From assembly GCA_017499595.2 (NCBI GenBank), contig CM039010.1, forward strand, positions 682,001 to 746,000: DNA of 64,000 nucleotides. Reading direction: 5' to 3'. Shown here one piece after another: positions 1 through 14,675 of the stretch (positions within the stretch are counted from its first letter, which is position 1; each line of letters opens with the position of its first letter). Below the pieces are notes generated by a model. It worked only from the letters and a program-made list of their open reading frames with translations, searched no databases and had not been told where the DNA came from. The position numbers and the translations under genes were made by a program. The stretch is from Psilocybe cubensis (taxonomy: Eukaryota).

Positions 1-1425
1 GAGTTGTGATGCTTATCTACTGGGTCGAACATGGAATTTAGAGAAGGGAAATAACCCTGAGCCTTTTGGTGCTGGGACATCAAGTTGGGGTATTGAATAG
101 GTCCAATTCCCGGAACGGGAGATGTAGTTGTTATAGGCGGAGGATACGATGGGCTGCGCGCGTGAAATGAGTCACAAAAAACAAGAAACGTAGCTGAAAA
201 ACCTACCTCCTGACATTGCGGATTGGGGTTCTGTATTCGATTACTCGTGTTGTGCTGTGCAGCGATTCCGAGTCAGTTGAGTCGCCTTCATATACCGGGC
301 TTTGGAGAGGCATTCGTCGTATGGCAGGATATTCAATATGGCCTTTGGATGAAGGCGTCGAAACCGCGGGCGATTGAGACTGCCCATGACCATAGAAGTC
401 GGTAGATGACATCGAAGAGGCATGCGCATCAAGGGGTGGAGGAGCGATGTTCTGTCGAGCTATACGAGCAGCCTCTTCTGCCTCGCGTTGACGTCTAATA
501 ATCCCATCCTGTTCCTGCTTTCTCTTCTGCTTGATTTCCTCTTCCCGCAGCCTCATTTGCTCCTGCTGTGCCTGCCGGGCAATTTCCTCTGGAGTACGTC
601 CATCAGCCAAAACAACAGTGCTCTGCGATCCGTAGCCATGATTGTGAATTTGATTCGGCGTCCGCTGGAAGGTGTAATCAGGAGGTGGCGCCTTAGGAGT
701 GTTGGACGCCGCTGCGGCTACCCGAGCAGCCTCTTTCCGCTTCGCCCGTTCTGCCTCATCATGCGCATACTGCTGCTCGCGCTGCCACTTCCATTTTGCC
801 GCTTCCTCCGCCGCAACCCGTTGTTGGTGTTCCCGCTCTCGCTGCCTCGCGCGCTCTTCCTCCTGAAATTGCTCCCTTTGGGCCTGTGCACGAGCGGCAT
901 CGTCATTTCCTATCAGTTGCGTCCTGGCATTCGGGGTTCGCTCATGATCCCCGTCAGGATGCCTTTGTAGCCATTTTTCATATCGATCCACGATAGAAGG
1001 TTTTAATTCACTTAGATGATCCAAGATATCCTGTCCATTCTGAATAAAAGAGGGTTTAATTGAATGATCGGGTAAAAGGGTGACATGTTCAAACCACGTA
1101 CCAGTGATAGATTGGTGCGCTGGTTGGCGTTCAGCACCTTGTGGTAATCGCGGTGTGATGGCAGCTTTTCGAGCACGAGTGTAGCCGCCCGGGCGAGTTG
1201 CACAAACGCAGTCTCGAGATCGCCCTTCTTCGCAGATTCTTTGCCTTCTCGTCGATATCTCTCTGCCACCCGCAAGTGCTGTTTGAATTCCCGAGACTCG
1301 TCCCAAACGTCAATTTTGGCCTGCTCCGCAAGCTCGGCTATCGATGCTGGACGTCTGGAGCTCGGTGCAACACCATTACCGCTCGCAACAGTTCTCGGTT
1401 GTCCTGGGTTTCCTACATGGCTCAT
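1..1425 (-). CDS. 5' part of a USP8-dimer/MIT-domain protein, probably an AMSH/STAMBP-like deubiquitinase (runs off the window start)
   Basis: ATG at 1425. RRPASIAELAEQAK...LRVAERYRREGK...AFVQLARAATLVLEKLPSHRDY resembles the AMSH N-terminal domain. GT-AG intron at ~1040-1101, then a coiled-coil/Pro-rich exon. The JAMM domain is not in the window. Confidence 0.7.
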
Positions 1426-3486
1426 TTTGACGTTTGTATATCAAAGAGTCGAGTTCAGTGAGAGATCTGTGTCTAGAACGCCAGTTGTTCATACAAGTTA
1501 CTCTTGCGAATGGGTGCACGGCACAGTTACAGCTGTGTTAGCTTACTGCGCCTGGCACTTGTGTTGACCTGATCACGTGATACTGACATCGAATAGGAGA
1601 AGGTACCAGAAAAACGAACATTGGGTGGTAATTGAGCATAAACCTAGTCAAGAAGAACGACTTAAAAGTAGAATATACTCACTAATACATATTAATGATT
1701 AAGATTTGCTCGCATCCACACCGAAATATTCCAATGTCACTAATTGCTTGAAATCGGAAGATATGCAAAAGATATCGCTGAAATAACTGGCACTTTATTT
1801 ATTGCATGCAAAAGATGTTGCAGTGTATCCCTTAAATTTTTATATTAGATATACTTGGCCTAAGTCTATATTTGATACTCTGAACACGGACGAGAGTAAT
1901 GACAATAGGGGGATAGTGGCCTAAAAATAGAATGGTGGGCATTTAGGCGCCTGACTGTCGCGTCGCATAATTTGCTACGAGCAATGAGAAATAGAGGATA
2001 AATTTGCGGCATACCGAGTATATCTTGGCTTTTAGCTTTTTGAGTGTACTAAATTATAGCTTCCCAAAGTCTTAGGAGATGCTACGACCATGAACGAAGT
2101 TGAAATTTCTGTTGAGACTCATTGACACATTGAATTAATTTGTTGACTGGCTTACCTTTCGACTGTGTTGCGGTTCTCATTTTAAATACTGTTTCAATCC
2201 ATATCTTAAGTCCTCTACAACCTAGGACGTCGCCAAATTTATTTTAAAATTTTATTTATCCAGGAATTGTGGCATGATTCTGTAATTTAGGAGAGTATCC
2301 AGTGTTTGTAGGGGACCATTGTGCACATTCCTAGGAGGTCTCAGCACTATTTCAGCACGCTAACTGTAATTACGAGTATTTTTACGCGATATTCTATCCT
2401 GAATATTCTCGCAAATGACTTGCCCTCCAACAGAACATGTTCGACGGATTCGGTCTAAAAATAGATCACCACTCTGATAGACGCCCAAGGACAGTACATC
2501 TGAGCAAAAGAATCGTTCACAATTTTGGGGTAGAAGATGCATTGTAGGTATACTTCGTTTCAATATGACAGGTCGGAACAGGTTGGTGTTGTTTTCTTGC
2601 TCTCTCCGTAGCACAACGAGTCTTGCACACTGGAATCAATACCTGTATAGCTACAAGTCTGATACATCAGGGTCAATCTGTCCCATGACCAAAAATCTTG
2701 ATAAGTTGCTAGTTCTTTGATAATAGTGTAAGATGCGTCTCAGTCATCAAATATTATGATGGTGTTGAGTGTCTTGGGATATTTCGTACGAAGCTCTCTC
2801 GGCGATTCGAGCCTGCTTCTAGTTATAATTGTAAAAGATTACGGGGAGTATGGAATCTTAGACAACACACATCTTATACATGTAAGTATATTTGCTGTGA
2901 ATCGAGGACATATATTCCGTGCTATAATCAGATGTAGTGCATATTATCCGAGTAACAAGAAATGGAATGATTCTTCTAGTTGTTCAACCGTAGCTGAAGT
3001 TTAAGTGACTACTGACCTTACTATCTATACCCGTTTTACTGGCTTCCGATAGTAATATCGATAACATATTTTCGTGAATTCACTTCGGCCATCTTTAAAG
3101 TGGTTTGAAGATCAATCAAACCAGCTAACTTATCAGCATCCGTTGACCCTTGACTCGAACAACGTAAGATAGTGATAGGGGCTGTATACATTCGTCTTAT
3201 AGTAGCGTGATGAGATAGGTATGAAGATATGTCTTGCATGCTCCTCCATTCATACCTTTCCTTTCCGAGGTGGAAGCAGGTCAAAGCGAAGGCAATCGAG
3301 GATATAAATATCCACATTCGAAGCGTGGGACTTTTTGCCAAGCCCCTTGAAATCCAGAAAGCATTGTTATTTAGGCCCAAACCTTCGCCCTTCATTTCTA
3401 TATCCACTACCGTTCCACCTCGACCAATATCGCCGTTTTCCACAATTTCTGCTGGCGAAAGAGCAACAGTTCGCCTTTGCTGATTT

Positions 3487-5856
3487 ATGGATGCCATAAA
3501 GGAGGACGGACTAACAACAGACGCAAACAAAGCGTATGGCGGCGTCGGCGATGCAGGGCCCAAAAGTTTAAGCCAGCAAGCATTCAAGGCTCCACCTCCA
3601 TTCAACCCCCAACACCGCCAGCACGAGCAAGCTCGTTTCTTTCCTGGCGTCTCCGACTACGAGAAGGCTGGCGACCCTTCTTCAGCTATCATGCTCTCTC
3701 GCAGAAGAGGATCAGTTGTCGGCTTCGTACGCCGACACAGCGGCTACATTTTCATGTTCACAGTCTTGTTCATGTTCATGCAGCTAGGCTTCCACAATGG
3801 ACAAAAGCACCATCCTCAGATGCAAAATATGGTTGTTCGAGATCCTGAAGATACCTGGACAACATCGCCTAGTAGTATCCTATCACCTCCAGAAGAGGAG
3901 AAGAAGCGGAAGAGTGTCATCGCAGAACACCCTATTCCAGGGCTTATGGAGGAGGCTGAGCTGAAATATCGGAAGAAACTTGGTGGTCAAAGCAAAACAC
4001 TCAAGGCTGCCGTGGCGGAATACCGAAGACGATACAAGCGCGCCCCTCCGAAAGGTTTTGACGACTGGTGGGCGTTCACCCAGAAATACGACGTCAAGAT
4101 GATAGACGAATACGACGGGCTCATTGAAGATTTGAAACCATTCTGGGATCTTTCTGGAGAGGAAATCCGACGACGTGCTGCCCAGGTTGGAGAGCTTCCT
4201 TCGATCGACCTGGTCCGGATACGCGACGGAATGGCAACTGTCATCAATGTCAATCCCAATTTCCACGATAGTGAAGTCAGCGCAAGGGCTCGCGGGTTCA
4301 AGAGTATGATTGGAAAGTTTATGACTACAGTGCGTCACCTTGTTCTATATGTTATGGCCACTCTTTGACGATAATTTAGCTTCCAGACATGGATTTCCCT
4401 ATCAATGCCAAAGCAGAGGGTCGTGTGCTAGTTCCATGGGAGCATCGAAAGTATCCCAACTTGACGCTTCAGGATTCATCGAGTACGTGACTAACCTATG
4501 GCTAGATGAGTTTCTTCTGACAGTCATGAAGAGGGCGTACAAGCTATGCTGGGAGGACCTTTTAAACCTGACTGGGGTGATGATGGCAATGTGTGGGAGG
4601 CTTGGAGGCGCACATGCTCCCCCGACAGCTCTGCCCGCCGTCTCCTCTCGTCTCTGCGAGCCAACGCCAACGTTCCAGTCAAAAATCACCTTGCCTCCAA
4701 AGATCTTTCTCCCGGCTCCGACTTTTCTTTCGTAGAAACCACATCTTCATCCGAGGACTATTGCGAAACGCCTTACGCGCACTACACCCAAGGCCACTTT
4801 TTCTCAGATTGGCGATCTATACCCGTCCTGTACCCTGTCTTTAGCCCCGCCAAAGCTCGCGGGTTCATGGACATCCGTATCCCCAGTCACTATTACTATG
4901 GTAGCACGAAGCGATACACGTACGGCTGGGACTCTGTCAACCTTGAGCTCAACGAGATCGACGTCATGGAGGTCCCTTGGGAGGAAAAGATCGACAAAAT
5001 TTTCTGGCGTGGGGCAACGACCGGTGGCGGGAGCCATCCACCTGGTTTTGCGCCCCAGTATCAGCGCCACAGGTTCTTACGCATGGCCTCTGACACGTCG
5101 AATGCGTCGAAAGTGATTACATTCGCTGACCCACCAACTGCAGGCGTTCATTGGGTTTCAGCCGCTGTGCCTATTGGGACTCTGAACGAGGAGATCATGG
5201 ACGCGGCATTTGTCAAGTCTGTCTCTGCGAACAGCTACCCTGGTGGTCAGAAAGCGCTCGAGGCGGACCACCGTTTTGGCGACTCTGTACCACTGGGTAG
5301 ACATTGGGCGTATAAATATCTCATTGATATGGACGGAATGAGTTACAGTGGCCGATTTATGGCCTTCCTTGCTAGCGACAGCGTGCCTATTAAATCAACT
5401 GTGTATGACGAATTCTTCACAGATTGGATCCAACCTTGGTATGTCTCTTTTATTGGTTTCCTTCAGAGCATACTTTAATGATCGCTTTAAATTACTTATT
5501 CTAGGGTACACTTTATCCCCTTGTCGTCATCATACAAGGAAATATACAACATCCATGCATATTTCTCTGGTGCTACTCAATCCACCTTGCGTGCTGTGAA
5601 CTCCACGTCTGCCGAACTTCCTCCAGACCAGCGTAGATCCATTGAAGGTGACAAACGCCTACGACGAATCGCGCGTGCTGGGAAACGATGGAAGCAGACA
5701 ATCGGAAGGACGCTAGACATGGAAGGTAATTCGCCTCATATACATTCTCATTGAAGTTTCGATTAACATTTTTTGTTAGCTTATGTATATAGACTATGCC
5801 TCGAGTGGGCACGATTGTGGGCTGACGATCGTGACTCTATGAACTTTTCCCTCTAA
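3487..5856 (+). CDS. Glycosyltransferase family 90 (CAP10-like) type II membrane protein
   Basis: N-terminal TM helix, YRRRYKRAPPKGFDDWW, KIFWRGATTGG, YKYLIDMDGMSYSGRF, STVYDEFFTDWIQPW and terminal YVYRLCLEWARL. Multi-exon, stop at 5854-5856. Confidence 0.9.
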
Positions 5857-6799
5857 AGCCAATTAGGCCAAATCCTCATAATCATTTTAAACCCATCGCA
5901 TCCCATCATACACAACTCAATGCAACACTGAAACTGAAACACTCCAAGTACAGTAGTGTCCTGGACGCTTTTTGTTAATTGCGCATATCTTTAACACCCT
6001 TTCAGCGATCTTTCCTTTTCGTCCACGTCGCTCCTTTCCTATCACTTCATGATGTTTCAGCACTCTGTCTTTCTTTTTCTATGGGGGTGTTTCGTTGTAT
6101 GTATAACTATCGTAGTCACAAGGTCAGTTTTATAGTAATAGATAATCATATACAACACGTTGCAACGTGTCTATTTATCCATCCATTATTCTCCGATTGA
6201 CAAATGTTTTCTTCCTCCGCGTCGTTTTCTGGTTACGTGCGTCTCTGTTGTTATTTTGATTCGAAGTACTGATCACTTTACATCGCCAGACCATTTCAAC
6301 GGAGCATCTTCATGCTCACTTTATCATCTTTTTATCCTGATATCATTGCAGATCAATCAGAAGACCGAGAACATTCATATTCAACTGTATCAATTCACAA
6401 TTATGTCTGTCAAGATTGTGATATGGCTGTTCCAGTCAATATCAATACTTAAATCCTCGTTTCGTCATGCCCTAGACTAATAGCAACAGTCTGTCTGTTT
6501 ATAGGTCGAGCCTTGACGCCTAGATTTCTCTGAAAGTTATATCCACTCATCCATCGATTCCACCCAGACACGTTGCAAGCGCGTGTTCATTCTATCCCCG
6601 GATGATTCTCAGTACCGAGGTGGTACTTTGTATCATTAGGTCCACCTCTGCCCTTCTTTAGCCAGTGCGCGGCGACTACAAAAAGGCTCAGATGGAGGTC
6701 GATCATAGACAAGGCTCTTCTCCGCGGTTTGCTTTTACACCTTGCGAAATACTGTAAACTCTATACCCCTGCCTATCGATCTTCAGTTTTCTATCAGAT

Positions 6800-8570
6800 A
6801 TGTATGCACCATCACCCCGCATGCCGCTGAGCAGAGGGCCCTCTCCTGTTCCAGGCGCCCAACCTTACTATAACCCAAACATTGGCAGACCTATCAGTAG
6901 GGGTCCATCACCTGTGCCATCAAGTGTGGCGCCTCAGGGATACTATGGAACTCCCGCTTCTCCTTACGGCGCACCGATTACCAGGCCGATTAGCAGAGGT
7001 CCATCTCCCAACCCATACAGCACTTCTCCAGTTGCTGGTGGCTTCCAGGTCGAGAAGCGTGCCAAGTCTCCTAACCCTTACGGACGACCTGCGCCTGCTG
7101 AGCCGGTCGCTGTCGCGTACCGCGACGAGCTGGTGTACCGAGACCAAGTCTCGGCCTTGATAGCAGCAAAAGATCGTCAAATCGCGGCAACGGGGCGCAT
7201 TCCTGTTGACGCCTCACAACTTTCGCTTTTCTTCCGGGCTAAGGTGAGACTTCCCGCTTTTCAATTCCTTTCAAATAGTGCCAGTTTGCTGAAGGATCAA
7301 TGTCGTTGATTGTATTGGTTTTGGGTTTACCATAGGACGGTATCACGTACTCGCTCGACTTCCCGGTCGATACAGGTTACACTACGCCTCCGGCTCTTGA
7401 CGTTTTAATTTCCATCTGCAAGCCTAAGCCCCGTCAGATGTCAGACTATGATGGGTACAGAGATCGAGAGGGTCTCGCGTACCCGCTTGGCCTCCCACAC
7501 ACTACCTCCCTGGAAATCTCGAACTATCCCGTGTTGGATGCCATCCGCAGTTCTCTCTTTCCTGTGCTCCCACCTGGACAATACCTCACAGCTGTGAGGG
7601 ACAGTCTGGACGTAGCCATCACTGGCAGCCATATTGCGAAGAGCTATCCGGCGCATCAACGTCAGGATAACAGGGCGGCGACACTCATTGTGACCCTTCC
7701 TGTTCGATACCGTGGTGGTGCCATCGTAATTAGCGATCATGATGGACGAGAGGAGAGGTTCTTGGGGAACGGTGGCAAGCCTACTGATATCGAATGGGTG
7801 GCTTTCCGCTCTGACTCAGCGTATGCCATTGAGCCTGTGCAGAACGGATGCATGATCACCATTTCTTATGCGGTGTTTATCAAGTCTTTCGGTCCTACAA
7901 CTCCAACTGTGGATACCTTGATGACTCCTAGTGACAACTTCTTCGATTTGCTTTCACCAATATTAAATGGGTCACGGGGAAGAAGTATTGCCTTTCTCTT
8001 GAATCATGACTATGTAGTCGAGCCTGCGGAAGCTGTAGCTAACTCCATTGTTCCTCAGGTTCGTGTCTTTGTTATTTTGAACGCGCAAACCCTGACTCCT
8101 CTACCTTTTAGCTGAAGGGCGGAGACGCTCTTCTTTACGACGCCTTCAAATTCCACAAGGTCTCTCCGGAGCTGCACTGGACGGCGGGTGGTTTCATTTG
8201 GCCAGTAGACCACACCCTCGAATCCTTTGGAGACGAGCCTGAAGCGAACACGAATCCCATCAAGAATATGCCAGCTGCATATGGTCGGACGCCATTTGGT
8301 GCTGTCAATGCACCACGGGGGACTGTTCCGCCAGTTCGGGGAGCATTTGGCCCTTACCCTGACCCAAATGTTAGCGATGATGATATCGATGGACTGCGTG
8401 CCAAAGTTCAAGCCAGCGGTGGTGTCACCCTTGCAGAGGCAAATATCACACTTCTTACTGATGCTAAGAACCCTGCCCCCAGCGTGGGTCGCGAACGTGT
8501 GTACTTCATCTCTAATGGTGAATTGGAAAAGCTCGTCGTCAATGTCCTGCTTGTCGTCTACATTCCCTGA
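6800..8570 (+). CDS. Pro-rich protein with a degenerate 2OG-Fe(II) oxygenase-like C-terminal domain, paralog A
   Basis: SRGPSP repeats; ATLIVTLPVRYRGGAIVI...WVAFRSDSAYAIEPVQNGCMITISY matches the fungal 2OG-oxygenase-like DSBH pattern. Introns at ~7244-7336 and ~8059-8111. Confidence 0.7.
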
Positions 8571-9263
8571 ACTTAGTTGTACGTTAAATTTTTCTCACTC
8601 TTTTTTACTGGGGCGCTAGCGCTCAACGGTCGCCCTTCGTAGACATCTTTGTACAAAACACATATGATTTGAAGTCTGGGGTGTTATTTTCTACCATTGA
8701 AACATCATGCATTACTGAGGAATAAAACATGTCGATGAGAGGCAGAGACTCAAAGTCGTCATTACTATTTGGTTAAATCTCCGACCATCTCCGACGCGTA
8801 TTTGTTCCGAGAGCAATCATTGAGTGATGCTTTTGGTTATGACTCGGAACTATCATTGGAACTTCAACGTATTTCGGCCACACTCCGTCAGTATATGGAC
8901 AGTCAAATGCATCTTCGTACATAAATTCCCTCAGTAAACATGATCTGAGGAAGATGAGAGATCGATCTACATGAGGCTTATGTTAATCTCATCTCGCAGT
9001 CATTTGGCTGGAAAAAAGTCCCAAGTATGTTCATCTCTTCCATAAATTAAGACGGCTTTCGAACTTTGACTTGTTTGAAGATCGATTCCAAAAAACCTCG
9101 GACCTTAGGTGTCCATATCTGGTAGAGAACCCTGAACTTGACTTGCACGAATCTCGAAAGGGTTGATTGGCGAGTTGGTCATTTGTAAATTCTCCGAAAC
9201 CGGCATTGTTACAAAAGCTCGTATCTTGTCAATCGATCTCTGGACCCTTTCACATTATCAGCA

Positions 9264-11169
9264 ATGTACTCCTCGCCCATAAACAATCGTAGTAGACCTA
9301 GTTCTCCAAACCCACCTTACGGACATGCTTCTCCTCCCAATGGACCTGCTGGGTACCCAGGATACTACGGCGCTCCTGCTCCGTATGGTGCGCCGATTGG
9401 GGGACCGATGAGCAGCGGGCCTCCTCCAAATCCCCAGAACGCTTCCCCTGCAGCTGGATTCCATGTTGAAAAAAGAGCCAAGTCCCCCAATCCTTATGGT
9501 CAACCTGTTACTACTGGCGTGTACGCACCAGCACCCCGCGCGCCCATTAGCGGCGGCTCACCGCCCGTCCAACAATACTACAATCAGCCCACTGGTGGAC
9601 CCCACAGCAGAGGACCGTCTCCTGCCCCGCCTGGTATGGCGCCTCGCCCTCTTAGTCAGAATTTTGATGGTCAAGGGTACTATGGTGCACCCTCTGCTTA
9701 CGGTGCACCGATCGGGAGATCCGCGTCGCCAAACCCACATGATGCCTCCAGCGGATTCCAAGTTGAGAAGAGGGCAAAATCACCCAATCCTTATGGAAGA
9801 CCTCCTACCGCACAACCAGAAGCAAATGCTTACCGGGATGAAATGGTGTATCGAGAGCAAATTTCAGCTTTGTTGGCCGCCAAAAGCCATCAGACTGCAA
9901 TCACTGGACGTATTCCTATTGACCCTACTCAGCTCTCTCTTTTCTTCCGAGGCAAAGTAAGCATTTCAGAACTGACCCTGTTGTTACGGCGCATCTTATT
10001 CCCGTGTTCAGGATGGGATTTCCTATTCCCTCGACTTCCCAATTGATACCGGATACTCTGCACCTCCCACATTAGACGTGCTGGTGTCCATCTGCAGGCC
10101 TAAACGAGAGAGGGAAGCTCTCACTTATCCCCCTGGCCTTCGACATACGACAACGTTGGAAATATCGAATCACCCCGTTCTCGAAACCATTCGCAACATC
10201 CTGTTCTCCAAGTTCCCAGATGGTCACTATCTGACAGCCGTAAGGGATAGTCTGGATGTAGCTATCACTGGAAGCTACGTCTCAAAGAATTCTCCGGCGC
10301 ATTTACGTCAGGACAACAGAGTAGCTACCCTCCTTCTCACGCTGCCTGTGGCGTACCGTGGTGGTGCAATTGTCGTCACTGACAAAGAGGGCAGGGAAGA
10401 GAAATTCCTAGGAAATGGAGGTAAACCGACTGAGATCGAGTGGGTTGCCTTCCGACCCGATTCAACTTATGCCGTCGAGCCCGTGCAAAATGGATGCATG
10501 ATCACAATTTCCTACGCACTATATCTTAAAACGTCTGGCGTAGCAAATCCGACGGTAGATAATTTGGTGACACCCAGCGACAAATTCTTCAATTTACTCT
10601 CACCGATCCTAAACAACAATCGGGGACGAAGCATTGGTTTCCTTCTGGGTAATGATTACAATGTTGACCCTTCAGAGGTCGTGGCCAACTCGCTAATTCC
10701 TCAGGTTAGTTTGTTCCTTCGCGCTAATTGCATGGAATCATTGACACAAAATTATCGTCTTCTTTCTGATTAATAGCTCAAAGGCGGAGACGCCCTATTG
10801 TACGAAGCGTTCAAACTACATAAATTGTCCCCTCAATTGCGATGGCATGCTGGCGGATTTGTTTGGCCAGCTGACCAGACACTTGAGTCATTTGGAGACG
10901 AAGACGAGGTTGATGCCCGGCCAATGGCAAATATGCCCGCCCCGCTTGGCAGACCGCTGTTCGGTGGTCCAAACGCGCAAGGAGGTGACGACTTACGAGC
11001 CAAGGTCCAAAGCAGCGGTGGTGTCCCTCTGGCAGAAGCCAGCATTATCTTGATCACTGATCCAAAAGAGCATGCGCCAGTCGTCGGCCGTGAGCGTGTT
11101 TTCTTTGTTTCAAAGGGCGAGTTGGAGAAGCTGGTGGTGAATGTCTTGCTTGTGGTTTACATCCCTTGA
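9264..11169 (+). CDS. Pro-rich protein with a degenerate 2OG-Fe(II) oxygenase-like domain, paralog B (tandem duplicate of 6800-8570)
   Basis: Same intron positions and highly similar sequence, with the identical C-terminus GELEKLVVNVLLVVYIP. Confidence 0.7.
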
Positions 11170-12303
11170 TGATGGGCGATTATACGCCTGCCCACACTTG
11201 CCAAAAGGTAATTCATGTATCACCTTTAGTGGGCTCTCTTTCTAAAGACAACATTGTGCATCTTGAACAACAATTGTACTAATATATTTAATTCTAATGA
11301 GTGAATACAATGAAGTTTCTTAAATGCCGAGCGGCAATGTAGCGGAGTATGAGCATAATTCACACGTCTCTACTGATCGGAGTGCGAAATGGAGTCAGAA
11401 ACAACTGGTGCACGAGCCCTACCTCGACTGCATCGTTCAACTTGTTCTTGCAGTTGTGCCTCCGCCGACCATCCATTATCCTGCCAGCTAAATGTTAATG
11501 CTGAATTTATGCCTCTTCAACCAAGTAAGTTTTACTGTAAATCAATATCTGTTCTACTCCTTTCTTATCTGTACTCTTTTCTTTTCATTTTTTGTCATGG
11601 AAGTGAATTTGGATTTTAATGGCTCCTGGTTGACCTGGGCCCTATTGAAAATATCCCCCGCCTCTTCCTAGGCATTTTAAGAGTCTATTGGCCAATCATG
11701 GATATTGGAACTAGTTGGCTTTCTGGACAATGGCTGAAATGTTGAGAAAGGGACGTGTCTTGGCAAACATCTTGGCCAGCGCTTGCTCGCTTTCGGTACA
11801 ATCTTTAGGCATAAATCTTCATCCTTCATAGGTGGGACATGTCCGAGTTCACTGCCCATATGGTTAGCCTTCGATCTTTTACCACCTTTTCCATTGATTG
11901 ACGTCTTTTCTCAAGCCTGTTCTACAGATGCTGCAATGCAATGAGTACTGGGAACTTAATAATAATAGCTTCAAGTCACATAGAAAGGCTATTACAGAAC
12001 GAGAATTGGAGGGCAGATGCATTAAACTCTGACCAATAGCTCCCATCCTTGTGGGATCGGCCATATGCACGACCCGAACTATCCTTCACGTGGGATATCC
12101 AACGGTTATTTTTACAAAATTTCATACATATGCGCATTGCTTCTACAGGCGTCACCTCAAAATCGTCTTCTTTCTCCTTCTTCTGTGGCGTCCCTGCCCA
12201 TATGACCTGATTACGACCACAAGCTAGTTTCGTTGCTAATAAACCTGTGGATATTTTCTCTCGCCCCTCATTCACGAACACCCATACCCCAACTGTGGCA
12301 CCC

Positions 12304-14536
12304 ATGACGATCAACGAAAAACAGAAGGACGATCGACCTCTATCTAATGGTAGTGATCGAGTGGAATCATTGGAAGATCTTGTACTGGACAATGATTCTG
12401 GAGAAATTAATGAACTTGCTGTAGTGGCTGAAGGAGAGGAAAGGACAACATGGTTCGTTTGGATTCTGGTAATGTGCTCGACTATATCGGGTCTGTTATT
12501 CGGTGAGTAGAATTGATACCTTGACCTTGACGATGCTGATAATGTCTCTCAGGATACGACACTGGAGTTATATCTGGTGCTTTGGTTACAATAGGTTCAG
12601 ACCTTGGACCTGATGTTCTATCAAACAGTCAAAAGGTGTGTTTTCATCATAGTCGTAGGTGCTCCTTACTTGTGGGAGAGGGAAATTTACCACCAAATTC
12701 ATAACATGGAGCATCGCCGATGACATAACTGAACGGACTGTTCTTAGGAATTAATTACCTCTTCAACGACTTTGGGCGCCCTGTTAGGTGGTCTTGTGGC
12801 CGGTGTCCTTTCCGACTGGACAGGACGTCGGCCCGTATTGGGCATAGCAGATGTTATTTTTATTGGAGGGGCAGTCGCGCAGGCGGTGTGTCACGACGTT
12901 TGGAGTATGGTGCGCATTATCCCCTTTCGACGACGCGTGTTGTTCCCTTTTCTAACCCCCTATTCAGATTGGAGGTCGTTTTTTGATTGGAATCGGAGTC
13001 GGGCTTGCAGCATGTATCGCGCCTCTTTATATTCAGGAACTGTCGCCGACGCGTCTTCGTGGTCGTATGGTCGTTCTAAAGTCGGTTTCTCAAGGCTTTA
13101 AGACGCCTGTAATTCTAATGAAGCTGTAGCGTCGTCATGATCACTCTAGGACAAGTTATCGCCTATGGAATAGGCGCAGGATTCACTCATGTACATGGTG
13201 GGTGGAGGTGGATGGTTGGCCTCGGTGCGGTACCAGCAGGAATCCAGATCGCGTTTTTGTTTTTCTTGCCTGAAAGTCGTACGTATACTCTTATTTAGAA
13301 AATATGTGCAAAATCGATACTCAATTTCTTTTGCAGCGCGAATTCTACTTCGAAGAGGGAACCATGAAGCAGCACATGCCGTTATGACCAAGATTTACGC
13401 ATTTGCTAAGCCAGAGGAGGTTGATCTCAAAGTAATGTGTTTCCCTTACCTTGTCTTATTGCAATGAAGTTGAATGAACCATCTGTGTTAGGTGAAAGTT
13501 CTTCAGGCTGCTGTCAAGAGAAGCATTGAAATCACACAAACGACAACGTTCTTCCACCGATTCAAATCAATGATCATGAATCCAATCAACAGACGAGCGC
13601 TTGGTGTGTACATACCTCTCTCAAAAGTTGAAAACTTTCTAAACGTGCCCATTCAGTCGTTGGCTGTGGAATGCAAGCTTTCCAACAATTATGTGGTTTC
13701 AACACGCTCATGTATTACTCTGCGACTTTGTTCAAGGAGATCGGATTCGACCAGCCCACAGCGGTCGGACTTATCGTCTCCGGTACTAACTTTATCTTCA
13801 CACTGGTCGCCCTGAAGTGGATAGACAAAATCGGCCGCAGAAATATCATGATCTGGAGTGCACCTGGTATGATATTTGGCCTGACGCTTGCCAGCATCTC
13901 TTTCTTCTGTGGGTGTCTTCTGTTTTAAATTACGAGGGTCCTGTCTGATCTTATCTTTACGACAGATATGACCAAGAAAACCAATGGAAACCTAATCGAT
14001 GGCACACAGTATTCGACTACCTGGTCCGCTCTTGTCCTCCTCTCGATGATTCTGTTCGTTGCGTCGTACGCGACAGGTCTGGGAAACGTACCTTGGCAAC
14101 AAGGCGAACTCTTCTCTCTAGAGGGTCGGTCCATCCTACTTAGTTGTGTTTCGTTCATTTTGCTGACATTGCGGCATTATTTATTCTCTTTTTTTTAAAA
14201 AAAAAATTGGATATAAAATATTCAGTTAGAGGAATCGGTACCTCACTCGCAACCGCGACGAACTGGGCTGGAAATCTGATCATCGGTTCGACCTATCTAT
14301 CGCTCATGGCCAAAATTACACCCTCAGGTGCGTTTGGGTTCTACGCTGGGCTCTGTCTCCTTGGCTGGATCTTTGTGCTGTGCTGCTTCCCCGAGACGGC
14401 CGGACTGAGCTTGGAGGAGGTCAAGATGGTGTTCAGGAATGGGTTCGGGATTAGAGAGAGCAAACGACTACGGCTTGTGAAGCAGGATATCAAGGCCCGT
14501 GAGAAGATGAGGAAGGAGGGCGGTGTTAAAGCTTGA
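12304..14536 (+). CDS. MFS sugar porter, myo-inositol transporter-like
   Basis: [63 protein letters not shown] and [11 protein letters not shown]. Multi-exon. Confidence 0.9.
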
Positions 14537-14675
14537 CGCTCATTATGACGCAAACCAAAATCTGGATTGCATACTTTAACGACATACCAAGATGAACGCA
14601 ATGACATTGCCTGAGCCCGTGTAGTGTGACAAAACAAGAAAGTAAGTAAGTTATACATTTAAATTTACGTTGAGT

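Noticed and set aside
1600-3400. Short ORFs in the AT-rich intergenic region (e.g. 2360-2614, 2756-3004)
   Set aside because: No motifs or convincing splice structure.
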